Virus record (IMG/VR): IMGVR_UViG_2609460354_000008 | Coordinates: 1 to 28,488 of that record | Reading direction: 5' to 3' (one strand) | DNA length: 28,488 bases | Origin: a virus | Lineage: Duplodnaviria > Heunggongvirae > Uroviricota > Caudoviricetes | Shown here: in pieces, positions 18,344-26,778 of the stretch | Numbering within the stretch: the first letter of the stretch is position 1 | Layout: every line of letters begins with the position of its first letter | Notes under the pieces: model-generated | Database searches by the model: none | What the model saw: the letters and a program-made list of their open reading frames with translations, nothing else | What the model was told of the DNA's origin: nothing | Made by a program: the position numbers and the translations under genes

Positions 18344-20077
18344 TTAAAGCGAGCGGATCCCGTAGGACTCAATGTGGTCGGACAGCGTGTCTTCTTTCTC
18401 ATACAGCATGGCTCTGCCAACCGCCATAATCAGCGCAACTGCACCATCGATTTTGTTTTCCGCCTGCTCTTTGACGGGCTTCACCACATCATCGTTACCC
18501 GGAATGGTTTTGCCGACCACGTTGCCGATACACCAGGTCATGATGGGATTGCCATCATGATGAAAGCGCCCCGATTCAATTGCCGCTTCCAGCTCTTTCA
18601 TCGGGTCGGACATGTTGGTGTAGTTCTGAATGATGGTGATGGGATTCAGGTCTTCATCAGCAAGGTCATGTGACAGCCCGGTCGCCCCGAAGGGGTCGAT
18701 GGGTGACTCGCTGACCGGGCTGATTTTGTTCGCCGCTTTGGCCTCTTCGAGGATGTAGCGATAATCCACCTCTGCACCATCGGTAACGGTCAGGACGCCC
18801 ATTTCCACCCATTTCTGAAAGCGTTCGGCTGTCCGGCGATCTTCATTTTTCTCGACGCTGTACACCGTGTCATACGGTACCCAGAAACGCGGGGCCACAC
18901 TGTAGTAATGCGTTTTACCGTCAATCTCGCGGGTATAAAGTCGCGCCATGCTGTTCATATCCAGCTTACGGGCCAGGTCAAAGGCCAGAATGCACGGCTG
19001 CCCCTCGAACTGCTCAAGGGTCAGTGATTTATCCTCGCAGCTCTGCCAGCTCACCAGGTTGAAATACGCCGAACGCGCCGACACCCAGATATTGAGGTGT
19101 TTTGTTTTAAAGACGTTTGCCAGACGGGCGTTATTTTTCGCACGCTGCTGCTGACTTAACAAAAATTCGCGATAAACCGACACGCCAATATTCGGGTTAG
19201 CTTTTTCCAGCACCTGCGGGTCGGTCCAGTCATCGCCTTCGTCAACGGTATAGATGATCCCGAACAGTTCATCGTTGGGTACCGACCCGTTGAGCATCTC
19301 GATAACTTCCCGTCGCTTGTCGTAGCACGGCCCCTCAATGTTGTACCCGGCAGTAGTAATGGCCCACATCAGTGGCTGACGTCGCGCCCCCATCCCGGTA
19401 AGCATCGTGGTGTAAAGCGCATCGGTGGCGTGCTCGTGATATTCATCCACCACCGCACAGTGGGGTGATGAACCATCACCGGGGTTACCGATCAGCGGTT
19501 CAAACCGCGCGCCATCCTCCGGACGATTCATGTTTGAGGCGTTAACCTCAATCCCGAACGCTTCCGTCAGCATGGGTGTGCGTTTACACATCAGTCGCGC
19601 CGGGCGAAAGACTTCCCACGCCTGTTTCTCTGTCGTGGCACCGGAATACACTTCCGCGCCAAACTCGTTATCACAGGCAAAACAATACAGGGCAACACCG
19701 GCAGAGATTGCCGATTTGCCGTTCTTACGGGGGATTTCGGTGTACACCTCCCGGAAGCGGCGCAACCGGGTGCCTTTATTGACCCAGCCAAACGCACAGC
19801 AGATCACAAATAGCTGCCACGGCTCCAGCGTGATGGGCATCCGTTTGAATGCCCACTCCCCCTTGGTGTGCGGCAACAGCTGAATAAATTTCGCGGCCCG
19901 TTCAGCCAGGTCCTTGTCGAAGCGGTAACGAAACGACTTACTTTTTTCCGCCATCAGGTCATCAAGATGGCGCTGGCAGGCCTGAATCACAAACTGGCAG
20001 GCAACAATCTTTCCGCGCACGACATCCCGGGCATACTGATTTGCAGCATTTACGTTGGGGTAAGATTTCCGGCTCAT
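18344..20077 (-). CDS. Terminase large subunit
   Basis: 577 aa; overlaps the small-subunit stop; followed by portal. Confidence 0.9.
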   Translation of the reverse strand: MSRKSYPNVNAANQYARDVVRGKIVACQFVIQACQRHLDDLMAEKSKSFRYRFDKDLAERAAKFIQLLPHTKGEWAFKRMPITLEPWQLFVICCAFGWVNKGTRLRRFREVYTEIPRKNGKSAISAGVALYCFACDNEFGAEVYSGATTEKQAWEVFRPARLMCKRTPMLTEAFGIEVNASNMNRPEDGARFEPLIGNPGDGSSPHCAVVDEYHEHATDALYTTMLTGMGARRQPLMWAITTAGYNIEGPCYDKRREVIEMLNGSVPNDELFGIIYTVDEGDDWTDPQVLEKANPNIGVSVYREFLLSQQQRAKNNARLANVFKTKHLNIWVSARSAYFNLVSWQSCEDKSLTLEQFEGQPCILAFDLARKLDMNSMARLYTREIDGKTHYYSVAPRFWVPYDTVYSVEKNEDRRTAERFQKWVEMGVLTVTDGAEVDYRYILEEAKAANKISPVSESPIDPFGATGLSHDLADEDLNPITIIQNYTNMSDPMKELEAAIESGRFHHDGNPIMTWCIGNVVGKTIPGNDDVVKPVKEQAENKIDGAVALIMAVGRAMLYEKEDTLSDHIESYGIRSL

Positions 20078-20568
20078 GATTCGATGATTTTCAGAAACGG
20101 GTTAGTGGCTTTCTTCTTCCCCGCCAGGTCAATCAGACGCTGGCGGCTGCTGGGGTCGAGTCCGAGCATTGCCCCCGTACTGCTCATCTCGGACTCCTGT
20201 TCTTTTTTGGCAGTCAGCTCCGGATTTTTGACCATACCGCCCATTGCACCGGTGATGGTGTTGCCCTGTCTGGCAATATTTTTCACGGCACGTCGCCAGA
20301 ACTCGTAGGCCACGCACCACCGCTCAAGCACCGCAAGGTCAGTCACGCACAGCAGGCCCTGACCGCAGAGTTCTTTAGTTGTCAGTTGCCACATGATCGT
20401 GGCGAGAGGGAGATCTTCTTCAGCGAACCACTCCGGTGGCTCAACACCTTTGATGGGCGTAAAAACAGGTTCATCTTTATTCAGGGCTCGCTTGCCGGGG
20501 TTTCCGGCCAGCGCCTTGCGCGCCGTTGGCTTGGGGCGACGCCCGGAACGCCCCGCCGTTCCAGCCAT
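20074..20568 (-). CDS. Terminase small subunit (P27 family-like); start set at ATG (Met4)
   Basis: Basic N-terminus; AGGAG RBS about 8 nt upstream of the ATG at 20568; overlaps the large-subunit start. Confidence 0.7.
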   Translation of the reverse strand: MAGTAGRSGRRPKPTARKALAGNPGKRALNKDEPVFTPIKGVEPPEWFAEEDLPLATIMWQLTTKELCGQGLLCVTDLAVLERWCVAYEFWRRAVKNIARQGNTITGAMGGMVKNPELTAKKEQESEMSSTGAMLGLDPSSRQRLIDLAGKKKATNPFLKIIES

Positions 20569-20615
20569 ATGCGGCACTCCTGGTTAAATTTCATTTTTCG
20601 CGGGTATAAAAAAAC

Positions 20616-20672
20616 GATGGGGCGGGCAGTCCGGAAGACGTCAGGCCGCAGAGATTTGACCCGCCCCTCCCC
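20616..20672 (-). terminator. GC-rich inverted repeat (GGGGCGGG...CCCGCCCC) followed on the minus strand by a U7 tract; terminator-like, possibly part of the cos region
   Basis: Between the HNH stop and the terminase small subunit start; 8-bp G/C stem but a roughly 33-nt loop. Confidence 0.3.
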
Positions 20673-20693
20673 TCAGACAGTTGAGAGTTATTA

Positions 20694-21044
20694 TCACTTA
20701 AGCCGTTCACGGGCCGTCTTCGCCTTATGACACGGCCAGCACAGACTCTGCAGATTACTGTCGGCATCAGTGCCGCCATGTGCTTTAGGGATGATGTGAT
20801 CAACGGTTTTCGCTTCACGCGCCACACCAGCACGCAGACATAACTGACACAGGCCTTTGTCACGTTGCAGCACACGCACACGGATAACATCCCACTTAGA
20901 ACCATAACCGCGCTGATGACGGGATTGTCCTGACTTGTATTGCTTCCAGCCTTCGCTTTTATGGCTTTCGCAGTAGCCTGACGGGTCTGTCGTGGTATTA
21001 CGGCAGCCGCGAACGCGGCAGGCTTTTGGAGTTCGAGGGGGCAT
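20694..21044 (-). CDS. HNH endonuclease
   Basis: 116 aa with Cys-rich zinc finger and DHIIPKAHGGTD...N...CWPCH motif; adjacent to terminase. Confidence 0.85.
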   Translation of the reverse strand: MPPRTPKACRVRGCRNTTTDPSGYCESHKSEGWKQYKSGQSRHQRGYGSKWDVIRVRVLQRDKGLCQLCLRAGVAREAKTVDHIIPKAHGGTDADSNLQSLCWPCHKAKTARERLK

Positions 21045-21070
21045 AAATATATTCCTGTTCTTTGTCCGGA

Positions 21071-21343
21071 CTATTTGACTGCTGCCAGCAAAGCGTTACG
21101 GCGCATCTCGATACTTCGAATCCCCGCTTTGTCAATATTGCATTGTCCCAACGCCGAAAGCAGGCTCACATTCAGATCCAGACTGGCCCCATAGGTCAGC
21201 GGCTCGGGAATGACTGGCTGGGGAGTTTCAGTAGTCAGGCTTGCTGGCAACGGTACCGCCGGAATCGGTACGTAAACTGTTCGCGTACTTCCGCAACCGG
21301 TCAGCAGCGGCAGCAGGCACAGGACGTGAAGCACAATCATCAT
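21071..21343 (-). CDS. o-spanin (Rz1-like outer membrane lipoprotein)
   Basis: Out-of-frame ORF starting inside Rz; signal peptide with lipobox LLTGC, then Pro-rich sequence. Confidence 0.55.
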   Translation of the reverse strand: MMIVLHVLCLLPLLTGCGSTRTVYVPIPAVPLPASLTTETPQPVIPEPLTYGASLDLNVSLLSALGQCNIDKAGIRSIEMRRNALLAAVK

Positions 21344-21620
21344 CCGCAACAGCCACTTTGATATCTTCCTGGGTTCTCTGTGACTCCAGTGTGATCTGCT
21401 GTTTTGCATGCTGGTTAGCCTCCAGAACTGTATTGACGATTTGCAGTGATTGCAGGACGTTATTGGTAATGACAGTTGCCGATTTGGCATTTTGTACAGC
21501 CTCATCAGCACGTTTCTTTTCGTGCTGATATTTGCTGTAGTAGTGGTTGGCAGACCAGATGAAAGAACCGATGACAGTAAAGAAGAATGCAGCGATAACC
21601 AGCTTATAGCTCAACTTCAT
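21228..21620 (-). CDS. i-spanin (Rz-like)
   Basis: 130 aa; N-terminal TM helix then coiled-coil; immediately downstream of the endolysin. Confidence 0.7.
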   Translation of the reverse strand: MKLSYKLVIAAFFFTVIGSFIWSANHYYSKYQHEKKRADEAVQNAKSATVITNNVLQSLQIVNTVLEANQHAKQQITLESQRTQEDIKVAVADDDCASRPVPAAAADRLRKYANSLRTDSGGTVASKPDY

Positions 21621-22080
21621 TTACCACCCCACCAGCCTCTTTAAACCGGGAAATCAGGTCACTGATTTTATGTTCATACTGACCATAACCTGCACCAGGT
21701 AACGACGCCCAGATATTGCTGCAACGATCGATAGCCTGACGGATATCACCGCGATCAATCATCGGTAAAGCGCCACGCTCTTTAATCTGCTGCAATGCCA
21801 CAGCGTCTTGGCTTTTCGGAGAGAAGTCTTTCAGGCCAAGCTGCTTACGATAGGAATCCCACCAACGGGAAAGAAGCTGGTAGCGCCCGGCTGCTGTTGA
21901 TTTGAGTTTTGGGTTTAGCGTGACAAGTTTGCGAGGGTGATCGGAGTAATCAGTAAATAGCTCTCCGCCTACAATGACGTCATAACCATGATTTCTGGTT
22001 TTCTGCCGTCCGTTATCCGTTCCTTCTGACCATGCCACCATATCGAGGAAAGCCTTACGCTGAGGATTAAGATTTTGCAT
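21604..22080 (-). CDS. Endolysin, lambda R-like lytic transglycosylase
   Basis: QRKAFLDMVAWSEGTDNGRQKTRNHGYDVIVGGELFTDYSDHPRKL... is near-identical to lambda R as recalled. Confidence 0.9.
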   Translation of the reverse strand: MQNLNPQRKAFLDMVAWSEGTDNGRQKTRNHGYDVIVGGELFTDYSDHPRKLVTLNPKLKSTAAGRYQLLSRWWDSYRKQLGLKDFSPKSQDAVALQQIKERGALPMIDRGDIRQAIDRCSNIWASLPGAGYGQYEHKISDLISRFKEAGGVVNEVEL

Positions 22081-22384
22081 TTTTCACCCCTGTCAGTCGT
22101 TCCCAGAAGTACGTCAGTGCAACCGAACCCATCGCACCACTAATCCCCGCTGTCGCGAGAATCATGTAAATACTGAATCCACTTTCGATGCTGATCAGGC
22201 CACCAATAACACCGGTGAATCCTGATACCACTATCTGAGCCAGAGCATTTATCCAACTCCACGTTGCTTTACTCTGCTTCACATCAATCAGGTAACGGAC
22301 AAGCCCGCCCCAGCACGCGAAGATCAGCAGAACGAGCCAGGACATCCCGGCAATGCTCTCTTTTTCGTGCATATGAATAGCCAT
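22067..22384 (-). CDS. Holin with dual-start motif (MAIHMHEK); start set at an internal Met of the track ORF
   Basis: About 105 aa with hydrophobic helices; directly upstream of and overlapping the endolysin. Confidence 0.65.
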   Translation of the reverse strand: MAIHMHEKESIAGMSWLVLLIFACWGGLVRYLIDVKQSKATWSWINALAQIVVSGFTGVIGGLISIESGFSIYMILATAGISGAMGSVALTYFWERLTGVKNAKS

Positions 22385-22413
22385 GATTTTGCCGCCGACG
22401 GATGATCGGGACT

Positions 22414-22911
22414 CTAAATGATAGGGAACAGACTCACGGGGTAATTTAACGACAAAGCACGGAGTTGAAGATCCCCACAAGCCTGGAATAAAAAAGCCAG
22501 CGACAGGCTGGCAATGTGAGGGTAACGCAAAGTGCTTAGAAACAAAAAAAGGCCGCCATCGGCGACCTTCGAGGTATCTAGCGTGCTGGATACTTTCAGC
22601 TTCGCCTTCAATTCAGCGTTGATTTCTTTCAGGCGATCAACATCGTTTTTAAGTTTTTCAATGTCTTGCCCTTTATTATCAAGGTCGCGCTGAAGACCTT
22701 TAATAATTTCTGTTTGGGCCGCCTGTACTTCTCGTGTCGTCTGGAGAGACTTATCAATATCATCAACTTGGTTAATCAAGCGTGTACCGAAAAAGCCTAC
22801 AACTAACATAGTTATCCCAACCATAAAGTTGAGAACCCAGACTTTTGTTCCGGAAGCAGTGTTTGGAGTTTCGTCGATAAAGTGCACCTTATGCCAGTTA
22901 AAGTTACCCAA
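22414..22911 (-). CDS. Hypothetical TM plus coiled-coil ORF in the Q-holin spacer; no ATG (TTG start in track) and it reads through an intrinsic terminator; possibly a remnant or not expressed as drawn
   Basis: Protein-like N-terminal 110 aa (TM helix VWVLNFMVGITMLVVGFFG, heptad-rich KLKNDVDRLKEINAELKAKLK); C-terminal 50 aa look non-coding. Confidence 0.3.
   Translation of the reverse strand: MGNFNWHKVHFIDETPNTASGTKVWVLNFMVGITMLVVGFFGTRLINQVDDIDKSLQTTREVQAAQTEIIKGLQRDLDNKGQDIEKLKNDVDRLKEINAELKAKLKVSSTLDTSKVADGGLFLFLSTLRYPHIASLSLAFLFQACGDLQLRALSLNYPVSLFPII
22545..22575 (-). terminator. Rho-independent terminator on the minus strand (GGUCGCC-GAU-GGCGGCC then U7), tR'-like, upstream of the holin
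   Basis: 7-bp G/C-rich stem with one G-U pair and a 3-nt loop, followed by TTTTTTTGTTT. Confidence 0.6.
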
Positions 22912-22999
22912 CGTCTGCGCAGATCGTTAGATTCGGCAACATTGTAACTGGATAAGGAATAGAAAACCTTGGAATTTTAAGAAGAAACTGATTGATCGA

Positions 23000-23089
23000 T
23001 TATTTAACGAGCGAACACATCCATACACCCCAGACGGGTACTACGACAAAGGCCATGAAATAAGTAACTTTTGCTTGAATGTTTTGCAT
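23000..23089 (-). CDS. Small hydrophobic peptide ORF (29 aa, MQNIQAKVTYFMAFVVVPVWGVWMCSLVK), not in the ORF track
   Basis: ATG preceded by an AAGGAAG RBS about 4-6 nt upstream; a single TM-like segment; in the AT-rich Q-to-lysis spacer. Confidence 0.3.
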   Translation of the reverse strand: MQNIQAKVTYFMAFVVVPVWGVWMCSLVK

Positions 23090-23370
23090 TTCGCTTCCTT
23101 AGCAGTCCGATAAGTACTGTCTGCTCATCCAACCTAACGAATGTAGATCAGAATGACAAGTCTTTCGCGCTAATTTCAATTTGATATCTGTTCGTAAACA
23201 TGATGGCGCGAAATATTACGCATGAAGTGCTTCTACATCAACATAAAAGTTACTTTTTTTGTGTTCACAGCATGTAAAGTAAAAGCCCCGCACGATGGCG
23301 AGGCTGTTAATTCTTTGTCGACCAACAAAGCTATGGCGACGATATCAGATTTACATGAAATATAAGCGTT

Positions 23371-24060
23371 TCAGTTCGGTTTTGCAAGACTTACGTGCGA
23401 ACTTGTCGCCTTTTGTTGTGAACGTGATCGCGTTACTGAGATAAGCGCACCGCTATCGAGTCGCATAAAGCAGCTACGCATTGCCAACCAGTGAGGCAGG
23501 TATGTCTCTGTCCAGGTGGATTTCGCCACGCCAACCAGTTCCGCCAGCTTCTGGTATTCGTAGGCATCTTTCCCGACCAACCCTGCTTTGACATCCTGCG
23601 CTGCCAGCCATATCAGCTTCTTCAGGCGCTCCATGGTCTTGCCTGCCACCCTCTTCGCGCCGAGATACCCCCTGAATTCAGACCACGCCCACTGGGTGAT
23701 CGCCACCTGGTATTCAAAGCTGACGTTTTCACTGTAACTCCACAGCAACCACGCTTTCTGATGTTCTTCGAGAGACAGAACCGCGCGGCGCCATGAAGAT
23801 GTTGAGAACTCAACCTGGCTGACCAGTGCAATGGATGAACCTTTTGCGTACGACTGCTTACCGGAAATCGGCGGATTATCCAGCGTAATCATCTTGCCCG
23901 TTACCTCATCCAGAATGCGCGGCTTCTTTCGTTTATATGTACCAGTATCAAATTGTGCATGCTCCAGCCAGGCTTCAAGCTGGCCTTTCGTTGCTCCGCT
24001 CAAATCAGCAGTAGCCACAATGAGTTGCTCGCGGACATACTGTAAATATTGGGTATTCAT
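23371..24060 (-). CDS. Putative late-gene antiterminator Q (long Q-type); assignment by position
   Basis: 229 aa; translationally coupled to ylcG (ATGA overlap), downstream of rusA and upstream of the lysis cassette. Confidence 0.45.
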   Translation of the reverse strand: MNTQYLQYVREQLIVATADLSGATKGQLEAWLEHAQFDTGTYKRKKPRILDEVTGKMITLDNPPISGKQSYAKGSSIALVSQVEFSTSSWRRAVLSLEEHQKAWLLWSYSENVSFEYQVAITQWAWSEFRGYLGAKRVAGKTMERLKKLIWLAAQDVKAGLVGKDAYEYQKLAELVGVAKSTWTETYLPHWLAMRSCFMRLDSGALISVTRSRSQQKATSSHVSLAKPN

Positions 24061-24197
24061 GCGGCAGCTCCTTTCAGTGTTTTGGCGTAATTCTTCAGTA
24101 TCCGGTAATCGGTCAAAACAGAACCGGGGAAACGATATAAGCGCAGGCGCATCCAGCGGTGGCGAAGACGTTCTGCCATATAAGACTCAAACATCAT
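24057..24197 (-). CDS. ylcG: YlcG-like small protein (46 aa), not in the ORF track
   Basis: [46 protein letters not shown]; start overlaps the rusA stop and stop overlaps the Q start. Confidence 0.6.
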   Translation of the reverse strand: MMFESYMAERLRHRWMRLRLYRFPGSVLTDYRILKNYAKTLKGAAA

Positions 24198-24556
24198 TCA
24201 TTCCCCAGTTCGGTGATGGTCAGCTCCAGCTTCCCACCTTTGGTAACGGGCATCTTCACAACACGGTAATCAACGACCTGAACATCATCCAGCCAGAAAC
24301 CTGCTTTGGTGAGTGCGTCAAAAGCGGCTTTTTGCAGATTATCCAGGTCACGGCGACGGCGATCCGGCATGTGGCACTCAATACGGATTTTCACAGGCAT
24401 AGCCAGGCCGATATCCAGCATTGCGTTTTTAATGATTCGGGTGACGTTATCGCGGTATGCCTGCCCTTCTGCGCTGATGTGTGTGCGCCCGCGATTATGG
24501 CGGTAATAGCGGTTATTGCTCGGAGGCCAGGGTAGTGTGATGTGGTAAGTATTCAC
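24194..24556 (-). CDS. rusA: RusA Holliday junction resolvase (GTG start at [12 protein letters not shown])
   Basis: Near-identical to E. coli RusA along its length as recalled ([21 protein letters not shown]...[27 protein letters not shown]). Confidence 0.9.
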   Translation of the reverse strand: MNTYHITLPWPPSNNRYYRHNRGRTHISAEGQAYRDNVTRIIKNAMLDIGLAMPVKIRIECHMPDRRRRDLDNLQKAAFDALTKAGFWLDDVQVVDYRVVKMPVTKGGKLELTITELGNE

Positions 24557-24843
24557 GCCTTGATTACCCCCTCTTTCAGCCAGATAACCTGCGTTCTCGC
24601 CATACCTTCCAGCGCGCATTCTTTTGCGTACTCAGCATCGACAAAATGCGTGCGGCGGTCGATTTCGTCGTGACAGGCAGAACAGGCAATGGTGGCAATA
24701 AGGTCTGGCGGTTTAATACCGGTGCCGCACAATCCAGCCAGCCGGATATGTGCCAGTACAGACGTTTCAGGGTTGCCATTACATACGCCAGTGATTCTTA
24801 CCTGGCATTCCCGACCACGCGCTGCTTTTCTCAAATCAGCCAT
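24553..24843 (-). CDS. ybcO: YbcO-like Cys-rich putative nuclease (DUF1364-like); start set at [10 protein letters not shown]
   Basis: Cysteine-rich protein; DLP12-like nin-region order NinB-NinE-YbcO-RusA. Confidence 0.7.
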   Translation of the reverse strand: MADLRKAARGRECQVRITGVCNGNPETSVLAHIRLAGLCGTGIKPPDLIATIACSACHDEIDRRTHFVDAEYAKECALEGMARTQVIWLKEGVIKA

Positions 24844-25006
24844 GATTCCTCCTTGCTGCCAGTCGCAACCATTTTTTATCAACCAGGCTAGCGGTATATC
24901 CGAGCAGTGTTGGTATTTCGGATGGCTTCAGCTCAGGCTTACGCTTACGACGATTTGGTACTCTGTAGATGTGTCCGTTCATGACACGAATAAGCGGTGT
25001 AGCCAT
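24836..25006 (-). CDS. ninE: NinE-like protein (56 aa), not in the ORF track
   Basis: [56 protein letters not shown]; ATG overlaps the NinB stop (TAATG) and stop overlaps the ybcO start. Confidence 0.6.
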   Translation of the reverse strand: MATPLIRVMNGHIYRVPNRRKRKPELKPSEIPTLLGYTASLVDKKWLRLAARRNHG

Positions 25007-25461
25007 TACGCCTCCTGCTTGTCGCGCAGCAGCTGGAACTCGCAGCTCTGCGGAATAGTCAGGTGGCAGCCAATATTCATCGCCCAGGCTTCAACCTTAC
25101 ACAGGAAGACATACATCTCTCCGGTATCAAGATCGGAAGTATGGCGTAACGACTGGATAGTAGTGATTTCGCCGGTTACGACATCAACCAGGTCCTTGGT
25201 TTCATAACCGAGGTATGTGTGTTTGAGAGCATCTTTTACCCATGCTGCGGTAGCGAACGATTTCCCCCTGCTGACGAGGTATTCACTGATTTCGCTGTAC
25301 CACATGTGGCTGAGTGCATTCTGGGAAAGACTGCGTTTCTCACGCCACGGTTTAAGCACCATGCGAAAGCATTTTCCGTCCTCCAGATAAGGCTGGATCT
25401 GCTGGCCGATAGCGATGAAGTTGCCGCGATGCAATTTGATACCATCTTGTGGGAGGTTCAC
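25006..25461 (-). CDS. ninB: NinB-family recombination protein (YbcN-like); GTG start with GGAGG RBS
   Basis: 151 aa; matches the DLP12 YbcN/NinB sequence as recalled; first gene of the nin cluster. Confidence 0.8.
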   Translation of the reverse strand: MNLPQDGIKLHRGNFIAIGQQIQPYLEDGKCFRMVLKPWREKRSLSQNALSHMWYSEISEYLVSRGKSFATAAWVKDALKHTYLGYETKDLVDVVTGEITTIQSLRHTSDLDTGEMYVFLCKVEAWAMNIGCHLTIPQSCEFQLLRDKQEA

Positions 25462-25682
25462 GCTTCACCTCCGCAGAGGTCAAACGCTGGATGCAAAGAA
25501 TCGCAGGTACATTTCTGCATCTGTGAAGGGAGAAGAGAGTTTGGATTGTGTGTGCGCATAAACGTCCCCGTTTAGCGCAGAAGTCACCGGAGGTGTTCAA
25601 ACTCCAGTGACTTAATTATGACAAGTTGATTATTGAAAATCAAAAGTCATTTAAACAATAATGATACCCAGCAAGAGATTTC

Positions 25683-26084
25683 TTATTTTAACTCATAGAT
25701 CAGACAGTCAACGATTTCTAAACCATTTACCATAGAATTAGAAACCCGAACTTTACCATCGTTGACTCTAGCAAATCCTTTTAACATTTTATAAACAAAA
25801 GCTGAATCCCCCTTAGCCTCAATTGCTTCTAATGGTATCGGCTTATACTTTTTTGATATGCTATTTCTATTTATCTCACTGATTTTTCTATATATTTCTG
25901 CCGGTCCACGTTCTGAGAAGTCACTGATAACTAAAATATATCTCCAAGATAGATCTGGGTAATAAAACCACATTGCAGCATCAATAGTTAAATTCTGTAA
26001 CTTGAGTTTTTTTAACAAAAATTGACCTGAGAATTCCATATCTTTTGTCAACTCTCTGCCGATTACCAGTGTGCTTTTACCCAT
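25683..26084 (-). CDS. Unknown 133-aa protein, downstream partner of the HEPN gene (overlaps it by 22 nt); no recognisable nucleotidyltransferase motif
   Basis: GGAG RBS about 8 nt upstream of the ATG, inside the HEPN gene 3' end; low-GC island. Confidence 0.55.
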   Translation of the reverse strand: MGKSTLVIGRELTKDMEFSGQFLLKKLKLQNLTIDAAMWFYYPDLSWRYILVISDFSERGPAEIYRKISEINRNSISKKYKPIPLEAIEAKGDSAFVYKMLKGFARVNDGKVRVSNSMVNGLEIVDCLIYELK

Positions 26085-26479
26085 TTCAAAACTCCAGAAT
26101 TTTGGTCACCTACAGCATCAAACAATTGTTCGGCCATAGCTTTACTTATGTTATTGTCGTATCTAAATTGCTCGCTCCAGTCTTTAACGACCGACCAGTT
26201 AATCTCCAACGAAACATCATTTTTTGCGTCAGCAATCAAAATTTGATGTAAGTTGGCAATTTTGAGAAGTTGCGACAAATCATGAGTATATGAATCATTT
26301 ACGACTTTTTTGTTTGGAAACTCATGTTGTAAAAATGACTTGGCAATACAGGCCTTCAATGCACATTCAACTGCATACCCACAAAGATAATATGCACCAT
26401 GAAAAAAGCCATGATCAAGCAAGCATTTGGCCTCATTAAGCCTAGTGTCAGATAATGCTTCAAGGTCGTTTTTATTCAT
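26063..26479 (-). CDS. HEPN-domain protein (138 aa), first gene of a two-gene AT-rich module
   Basis: HEPN hallmarks read by eye: helix GFFHGAYYLCGYAVECALKACIAK, THDLSQLL, and C-terminal EQFRYDN; canonical Rx4-6H not evident. Confidence 0.55.
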   Translation of the reverse strand: MNKNDLEALSDTRLNEAKCLLDHGFFHGAYYLCGYAVECALKACIAKSFLQHEFPNKKVVNDSYTHDLSQLLKIANLHQILIADAKNDVSLEINWSVVKDWSEQFRYDNNISKAMAEQLFDAVGDQNSGVLKWVKAHW

Positions 26480-26778
26480 ACAATTATAACTTGAATTATG
26501 CTAATTTTTATGATCATACCCTTATCAGGTATGATGTAGGAACTGAAAACAATATTGGATATCATTTTCGGTATTTCTCTGCAAATTCCAGCCCACCGGA
26601 TCTCGGTGTACAATCTGTCGCTGTTCGCGCAAATTTAGGGTCAATCACTTCATTTTTTGCATCAAACCCTCACTAACATCGAGCGATTATTGTGCAAGTA
26701 GTGTTCTTGACTTCTCATTAAACCGTCAGCATTCAATTAATTACAAAATACTAGCGGCATTTCTCTCCCGCAACTTTA

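Noticed and set aside
22912-23370. Possible tRNA genes or stx-like cargo between Q and the lysis genes
   Set aside because: No tRNA-like conserved arms seen by eye, and no long ORFs. Not excluded without a covariance-model scan.
24576-24779. 67-aa minus-strand ORF overlapping ybcO in another frame
   Set aside because: Fully embedded in the better-supported YbcO-like gene.
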